Shown in pieces: positions 58,557 to 64,000 of a stretch of 64,000 nt of DNA. The notes below the pieces were generated by a model, which worked only from the letters and a program-made list of their open reading frames with translations, was not told the origin of the DNA and made no database searches. The translations under genes were made by a program, and so were the position numbers. The stretch comes from Thermoanaerobaculia bacterium (GTDB taxonomy: Bacteria > Acidobacteriota > Thermoanaerobaculia > Multivoradales > Multivoraceae). Numbering within the stretch: position 1 is the first letter of the stretch; each line of letters starts with the position of its first letter. The stretch covers positions 1,856,001-1,920,000 of the forward strand of contig OY762911.1 in the NCBI GenBank assembly GCA_963666565.1, read 5' to 3'.

Positions 58557-59704
58557 GCGACCTCCCGTTCCGGCGCCCCGGCGCTCGCCCCGGCCAGCCG
58601 GGTCTCCAGAATCGACACGATTCGCTCCGCCGCGTGCCCGTCCCAGAGCGGAGGCGAACAGGGGCGCGGCGCCGGCCTCGACGCCGCCTCCCGATACGCC
58701 TCCACGATCCGGTCCGGATCGCGTCCGACGATCGCGTTGACGCCGCTCTCGACCGTCACCGGCCGCTCGGTGTTGTCGCGCAGGGTCAGGCAGGGGACGC
58801 CCAGTACCGTCGCCTCCTCCTGGATGCCGCCCGAGTCGGTCAGGCAGACGCGGGCTTCGGCCAGCAGCTTGACGAAGTCGAAGTAGCCGAGCGGCGGGGC
58901 GAGCCGCACTCCCGGCATGGCGGCGACCCGTTCGTCCGTGCCGGACCGCGCGAGCGCTTCCCGCAGCCGCGGATGCGCGGGCAGGACGACCGTCAGTTCC
59001 CGCGAAACGCGTTCGACGGCGTCGAGCAGGCCCGCCAGCATGTCGGGATCGTCCACGTTTGCCGGCCGGTGAAGGGTGAGTACGGCGTAGCGCCGTGCCG
59101 CGAGTCCCCGCGTTTCGAGAGTCCGCGACTCGGCCCAGCGCGGGCGGTAGCGTAGCAGCGCATCGACCAGGAGATTGCCCACCAGGAAGACCCGGTCCGG
59201 GTCGGCGCCTTCGCGGAGCAGGTTGTCGACCGCCGCCCGCTCCGTGCAGAACAGCAGATCGCCGATCGCGTCGGTGGCGATGCGGTTGATCTCCTCGGGC
59301 ATGGAACGGTCGCGGCTGCGCAGTCCGGCCTCGACGTGGACGAGCGGGATGCCGGCCTTGGCGGCCACCAACCCGCAGGCGACCGTGCTGTTGACGTCGC
59401 CAACCACGAGCACCGCGTCGGGACGGCGACGGAGTCCGTCCAGCGCCTCCTCGAACGCGGTCATGATGCCGGCCGTCTGCCGGGCGTGGCTGCCCGGCCC
59501 CACGCCGAGGTCGACGTCGGGCGGCGGCATGCCCAGATCGCGGAAGAAGGCGCCGCTCATCGCCTCGTCGTAGTGCTGGCCGGTATGGACCAGCAGCGGC
59601 TCGATCGCCGGCGCGGCGCGGCACGCGGCCAGAAGCGGCGCCATCTTGATGAAGTTGGGCCGCGCTCCGACCACGTGGACGATGCGCAGCGGCCGGTCAG
59701 GCAT
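58541..59704 (-). CDS. wecB: UDP-N-acetylglucosamine 2-epimerase (non-hydrolysing)
   Basis: VGARPNFIK, HTGQHYD, HVEAGLRS, MPEEINR, TLHRPANVD, TDSGGIQEE and TERP. Confidence 0.93.
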   Translation of the reverse strand: MPDRPLRIVHVVGARPNFIKMAPLLAACRAAPAIEPLLVHTGQHYDEAMSGAFFRDLGMPPPDVDLGVGPGSHARQTAGIMTAFEEALDGLRRRPDAVLVVGDVNSTVACGLVAAKAGIPLVHVEAGLRSRDRSMPEEINRIATDAIGDLLFCTERAAVDNLLREGADPDRVFLVGNLLVDALLRYRPRWAESRTLETRGLAARRYAVLTLHRPANVDDPDMLAGLLDAVERVSRELTVVLPAHPRLREALARSGTDERVAAMPGVRLAPPLGYFDFVKLLAEARVCLTDSGGIQEEATVLGVPCLTLRDNTERPVTVESGVNAIVGRDPDRIVEAYREAASRPAPRPCSPPLWDGHAAERIVSILETRLAGASAGAPEREVACLAS

Positions 59705-60944
59705 GGGCCGCCGCCTTCAGTCCCGCCGTCCGCTCGACGATCGCGAGGTAGCGCGCCGCGAGCGGCCCGCGGTCGAACTCGCGCTGCACGAGCGCGACGC
59801 CCGCGGCGCCGAGGCGGCGGCGGAGCGCCGGGTCGGCGGCAAGCCGCAGAACGGCGTCGGCCAGGCCGGCGTCGTCCTCCGGCGCGAAGCAGCGAGCGCA
59901 GCCCGCCTCGTCGACGAGGCGGCGGGGGTACCCCTCGAGACCTGCGATCAGGGGCAGCCCCATCGCCGCGCCCTCGAAGATCTTGGAGGGCAGAACGGTC
60001 GCGAAGAGGGGCGCCGCCCGCAGATGGACCAGGAAGGCGTCCGCGGCCGCCAGCAGGTCCGGGATCTCGCCGTGGTCCATTTGTCCCGCGAAGATCACGT
60101 TGTCGAGCCCGCGGGCGGCCGCCTCGGCGCGCAGGGCGTCCAGCCGGGCGCCGTCGCCGGCCAGCAGGAACGCGACGTCGTCCCGGCCGCGATCGTTCAG
60201 CCGGGCCGCGGCCCGCAGCACGACGTCGAGGCCGTGGGCCATGCCGATCGTGCCGCACCAGGCCACGGTGAAGCGGTTGCCCACGCCGAGCCGTTCCCGG
60301 CGCCGCGCGTCGCGCCGCCGGGGACGGAAGACGGCGGTGTCGACGCCGTTCGTCACCACCGAGCACCGCGCCTCCTCGACGCCCCGCTCCATGAGGGCGA
60401 GCCGGTAACCCTCGCCGACCGTCACGATGTGCCGCGCCGCCCGGTACATGAGCCGCTCCAGCCGCGCGATCAGCCACAGCGCGCCCCGGTTCCGCAGGCC
60501 GCCGACGGCGGTTATCGAGGCCGGCCAGAGGTCGCGGATCTCCAGCAGCAGGGGACGGCGCCGCAGCGTGGCGACGAGTACCCCCGCCCAGCCGCAGAAG
60601 AACTGGGGCGAGGTGGCGACGACGACGTCCGGACGAGGGCCGAAGAGGCCCGATACGACCGCCGTCGTCAGGTAGGACAGCCAGCTTGCGCCGCGCCGCA
60701 CGACGCCGGCGTTGGCGGCCAGGTGGGTCGGGACCCGCACGACGCGGATGCCGTCCATCGTCTCGACCTGCCGCAACCGCCGCGTGTAGCCGGGATAGAC
60801 GACGCCCCGCGGGTGGTTCGGCACGCAGGTGATAACGGTGACGTCGTGGCCGGCCGCCGCCCAGCGGCTGCAATGCGCGTGGGTGCGGACGGCCGGCGCG
60901 TTGCCCTCCGGCGGGAAGTAGTGGGAGAAGAACAGGATGCGCAT
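59697..60944 (-). CDS. Glycosyltransferase family 4 (WbuB-like)
   Basis: YFPPE, PNHPRG, ATSPQFF, EIRDLWP, GTIGMAHGL and PSKIFE. Confidence 0.9.
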   Translation of the reverse strand: MRILFFSHYFPPEGNAPAVRTHAHCSRWAAAGHDVTVITCVPNHPRGVVYPGYTRRLRQVETMDGIRVVRVPTHLAANAGVVRRGASWLSYLTTAVVSGLFGPRPDVVVATSPQFFCGWAGVLVATLRRRPLLLEIRDLWPASITAVGGLRNRGALWLIARLERLMYRAARHIVTVGEGYRLALMERGVEEARCSVVTNGVDTAVFRPRRRDARRRERLGVGNRFTVAWCGTIGMAHGLDVVLRAAARLNDRGRDDVAFLLAGDGARLDALRAEAAARGLDNVIFAGQMDHGEIPDLLAAADAFLVHLRAAPLFATVLPSKIFEGAAMGLPLIAGLEGYPRRLVDEAGCARCFAPEDDAGLADAVLRLAADPALRRRLGAAGVALVQREFDRGPLAARYLAIVERTAGLKAAAHA

Positions 60945-62738
60945 TCAGACGCCCTCGATGCGGATCGAAGCCCGCAAGTCGGACGCGGTTGTGGAGAACG
61001 CCAGGCACGGATTGGGCTGTTCGAGTCCGAACTCGGGGCAGTACCGGGACGGCTCTTCCGCGACCGCGTCCCAGCCCGACCAGGAGACGCGGGCGTGACC
61101 GCCGGGGAAAGCGACCGCGCACGTCCCGCCGCTCGGATCGCCGAGGCGGCAGTCCGGGTGGAAGTGCAGCCGGGCGACCGAACGGACGGGACGCGAGGCG
61201 GTGACCCGGTCCACGATGTCGAGCCGCGGGCCGCTCCGCCAGCGGAAGGTCCGTTCGTGGACCGGCCGGCCCGGAAGATGGCGGTAGCCGTCGTGCCGGC
61301 CGGAGAGCTCGAAGTCGTCCCCGCCCGCCGTCCAGCGCACGCCGCGAGGCCGGCAGCGCCGCCCGACGCGGAAGGCGGCCCACATCTCCGCGGAATCGCT
61401 GCCGCCGACCTCCACCGTGTTGTGGGCGCGCGTCGACCGGCACCAGTCGCGCGCCGCGCCCGCCTCGTAGCTGGACACGCCGCTGTCGACGACGACCCGG
61501 ACGCCCCGCAAGGACAGCTCGAACGAGAACAGGTCGGCGTGGCCGTGCCCCGGCTGGTAGTCCGGGCCGAGCGGCCCGGCGTCGCAGACGACGTAGTCGC
61601 CGGCGGCCGTGCGCGCGCCGTAACAGCCGGTCTCGGCCAGCGCGAACGGACCGTTCGCGGCCGGTGCGCCGGCGTGGAGCGCGCCGGCGACGACTTCGAG
61701 GCCCGTGTCGTCCGAGGCGGCCGCCCGCACCAGGTCCGCCGGCGCGGGCTCAACGCCGAGCGCGCTGTCGTTGAGCAGCGCGATGCCGCCGTCGGGATGG
61801 GTCAGGGCGGCCAGCGCCGCCGCCGCGGGCGCGACGTACGGGCGCGCCAGTTCGCGGAGTTCCGGCCGCCCGGCGCCGCGCAGGAGCAGCAGCAGCCAGA
61901 GAACCCGGCACTGGTACATCGGCGAGCGTTCGACGTGCCCTCCGTCCGCCAGCATCTGTTCCCGCAGCTCCCGCGCCAGGAGCTTCCGCCCCGTCTCGAA
62001 CCAGCGATCGGCACCGGCGTGGTCGAAGCAGCTTCCGGTCAGGGCCAGGGCCGCCGCGTTCTCCAGCAGGTGGTTGCCGAGGAGGCGCCATTCCAGGTTG
62101 CGCTCCAGGTGCGCCGCCTGCCGGTACACGCTCGCGCACAGGGCGTCCCGGAACGCCGGGTCGGCCAGGGTCCCGGCGCGGTGGCGCCCGAAGAACAGGG
62201 CGCACCAGTTGGTCAGCCGGAGCGAGGTCGGATACGGGTCCCATCCGGCGCGACCCGGACCGGGCGGATGGTTGGCCATCCAGTGGGTCGCGACCGCACG
62301 CGCCCGCTCGAACGGCAGATCCCACAGGTAGTCCTGGTAGTGCAGGTGGTAGAGCCAGTGGAGGGGCAGGTCGGCACGGTTCCAGTCGGGCGGGAAGCCC
62401 ACCTCCGCGGGCCGGTTCTGGAAGGTCAGGATGCCCTGCCGCAAGCCGGACTGGCTGGCCGCGGCGGGCGGCGGCAAGCCGTCCGTCGACGGCCCGCTTG
62501 GCGCCGGCTGGCCGGATCCGCCGGGGCGAGGCGGACGGAGCGGCCGCATCGAAGATGCGCGGGGGAGCCGATGCAGCGCCTGGTGGACGATCTGGCGAGC
62601 GCGGAGATGGCGGACCGTCCGCAGGAACCGGGCCGCGCCGGTGGCCCAGCCGCCGGCGCCCGGCGGTATCGCTGCGCCCGGCCGCGAACCGTCGGCGGCC
62701 GCCGACGGCATCGCGGGTTTCGGCTGCGGGCCGTTCAT
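60945..62738 (-). CDS. Heparinase II/III family protein
   Basis: LWLYHLHY-type motif, WDPYPTSLR, LEWRLLGNHL, DGGHVERSPMY, GHGHAD and RSTRAHNT. Confidence 0.88.
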   Translation of the reverse strand: MNGPQPKPAMPSAAADGSRPGAAIPPGAGGWATGAARFLRTVRHLRARQIVHQALHRLPRASSMRPLRPPRPGGSGQPAPSGPSTDGLPPPAAASQSGLRQGILTFQNRPAEVGFPPDWNRADLPLHWLYHLHYQDYLWDLPFERARAVATHWMANHPPGPGRAGWDPYPTSLRLTNWCALFFGRHRAGTLADPAFRDALCASVYRQAAHLERNLEWRLLGNHLLENAAALALTGSCFDHAGADRWFETGRKLLARELREQMLADGGHVERSPMYQCRVLWLLLLLRGAGRPELRELARPYVAPAAAALAALTHPDGGIALLNDSALGVEPAPADLVRAAASDDTGLEVVAGALHAGAPAANGPFALAETGCYGARTAAGDYVVCDAGPLGPDYQPGHGHADLFSFELSLRGVRVVVDSGVSSYEAGAARDWCRSTRAHNTVEVGGSDSAEMWAAFRVGRRCRPRGVRWTAGGDDFELSGRHDGYRHLPGRPVHERTFRWRSGPRLDIVDRVTASRPVRSVARLHFHPDCRLGDPSGGTCAVAFPGGHARVSWSGWDAVAEEPSRYCPEFGLEQPNPCLAFSTTASDLRASIRIEGV

Positions 62739-64000
62739 GCCGGCGTTTCCACGGCGACCGGACGGCCGGTCCGCAAACTGCGAACGGCGGCGAAGCAGAC
62801 GCGGTGCGTGGCGGCGAGGCTCCGCCACGGAATCGGCCAGGCGCCGCCGTCCCGGCAGGCGTCGACGAACGCGGCCAGCGCCTCGGCGTGTCCCTTCGCC
62901 TGCCGGCCGCGCAGGTTCGGGCCGCCGCCGTGGCACTTCGTAACGCGGAAGTCGTCCAGGACGGCGCTCCGGCCGCCCGCGAACGCCTCGCAACGCTCCT
63001 TGGCCAGCCCGGGGTGCCCGACCGTGACGTACTGGATCGTCGCCAGCGACCCGCCGGCGTAACGCACGGTGACGACGGCGGTGTCGCCCGCCGCGCCCTC
63101 GGGACCGTCCGGCGCGATGCCGGCGGCCGTCACCTCCACCGGGTCGGCGTCGATCAGCGCGCCGCAGAAGTCGACGAAGTGGCATGCCTCGCCGACGAGG
63201 CGGCCGCCTTCGCGGGGGTCGTTCAGCCAGCTCCCGGGCGGAACCGGGCCCGCGTTGACCCGGTACGCGACGAACCGGGGAACGTCAGTGCCGCCAAGCC
63301 CTCCGTCCCGAGATTCCTGGCGGTGGGCCGCGGCGCTTTTGGGTGCCTGGAAGTGCCTTTTCGGGGGTGGGTGGGGGTGAGGATTCAGAGAGGACGAAAA
63401 ACAGGACCGAAGCGCCCGGGCGTGCGGCGAGAAGCGACGGTTGAAGCCGACCGTCAGACAGGGGCTCGCCCCGGCCCCGCGCGCGTCGGCCAAGGCCTGC
63501 TCGACCTCCTCCAGTTCGGCTGCCGAGACGCACAACGGCTTCTCGACGAACACGTGCTTGCCGGCCCGCAGGGCCGCCGCCGCGAGTTGCGCGTGGCTGG
63601 CGTGGTTGGTGGCGACGACGACCGCGTCGATGCCGGGGTCGGCGAGCAGCCGTTCCGGATCGCTGGTGGCCAGCGCGCAACCGAAGCGCTCGGCCGCTTC
63701 GCTTGCGCTGCGGCCGCCGCGGCTGCACACGCCGGCCAGACGGACGCCGCGCTGCTTCGCCAGGTGCGGCAGCAGAACGCCGCGCGCGAACTTGCCGGCG
63801 CCGACGATGCCCACACGGAGGTCGCCGTTGCCAGGAGCCTGCGCGGCAGAAACCGGGTGCGCCGGCGCGCTCGCGGTCGCGACCGTCTCCTGGGCCGGCG
63901 GGGCGCCGCTCCTCCCGGCTCCGTCGAGACGTACCGTCCGCTCCAGGGCCGCGGCTTCCGGGTACTCCAGCAGGATGCCGAGCGCTCGCTCCGCCCGTCC
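62735..64000 (-). CDS. Gfo/Idh/MocA oxidoreductase domain, probably of a bi-domain (Zn-ADH + GFO) oxidoreductase; 5'-truncated by the window edge
   Basis: The frame is open to base 64000 (...ALGILLEYP...). GIVGAGKF, HVFVEKP, VGFNRRFSP and GGRLVGEACHFVD. Confidence 0.88.
   Translation of the reverse strand, partial: GRAERALGILLEYPEAAALERTVRLDGAGRSGAPPAQETVATASAPAHPVSAAQAPGNGDLRVGIVGAGKFARGVLLPHLAKQRGVRLAGVCSRGGRSASEAAERFGCALATSDPERLLADPGIDAVVVATNHASHAQLAAAALRAGKHVFVEKPLCVSAAELEEVEQALADARGAGASPCLTVGFNRRFSPHARALRSCFSSSLNPHPHPPPKRHFQAPKSAAAHRQESRDGGLGGTDVPRFVAYRVNAGPVPPGSWLNDPREGGRLVGEACHFVDFCGALIDADPVEVTAAGIAPDGPEGAAGDTAVVTVRYAGGSLATIQYVTVGHPGLAKERCEAFAGGRSAVLDDFRVTKCHGGGPNLRGRQAKGHAEALAAFVDACRDGGAWPIPWRSLAATHRVCFAAVRSLRTGRPVAVETPA

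Noticed and set aside
59646-63062. 1138-aa plus-strand ORF
   Set aside because: It is antisense to the clearly identifiable GT4 and heparinase genes and has no domain features.
1-64000. tRNA/rRNA genes, integrases, transposases, prophage genes
   Set aside because: No recognisable signatures by eye. tRNAscan/Rfam/HMM scans were not run.

Overview
This is a GC-rich bacterial window. The VWA, DUF5916-like, DUF6152-like and PQQ-propeller secreted proteins suggest Acidobacteriota (inference). All family calls come from motif recognition by eye; no searches were run. From start to end it holds: a partial GcvT-family gene; an NDP-heptose/deoxysugar operon with a C-methyltransferase (1.2-6.3 kb); an accessory patch with an AAA+DUF4143 ATPase, two orphan antitoxins, an orphan DNA methyltransferase and a pRiA4b ORF-3 protein (6.5-15 kb); an acyl-CoA ligase/carboxylase/hydratase operon (15-22 kb); a truncated alternative-complex-III-like operon (22.4-28.1 kb); an AlbA/Schlafen-domain gene followed by three 71-bp palindromic repeats; several secreted proteins; a SWIM-SNF2 helicase; and the distal part of a Wzc/Wza exopolysaccharide locus. 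The best candidate for an undescribed system is a minus-strand cluster at 41.7-48.6 kb. It encodes a membrane-anchored CxxC redoxin, a stand-alone C39 peptidase, three small secreted proteins, an ABC permease/ATPase pair and two Yip1 proteins. Two of the small proteins carry both an N-terminal signal peptide and an internal double-glycine-type leader before a Cys-bracketed hydrophobic core. This reads as a Sec-exported, extracytoplasmically matured bacteriocin/RiPP-like system. Other notable items are a ~200-bp dispersed element with covarying stems, a REP-like repeat family, and an in-frame WecA/outer-membrane beta-barrel fusion. No rRNA, tRNA, CRISPR-Cas, integrase or transposase was recognised.
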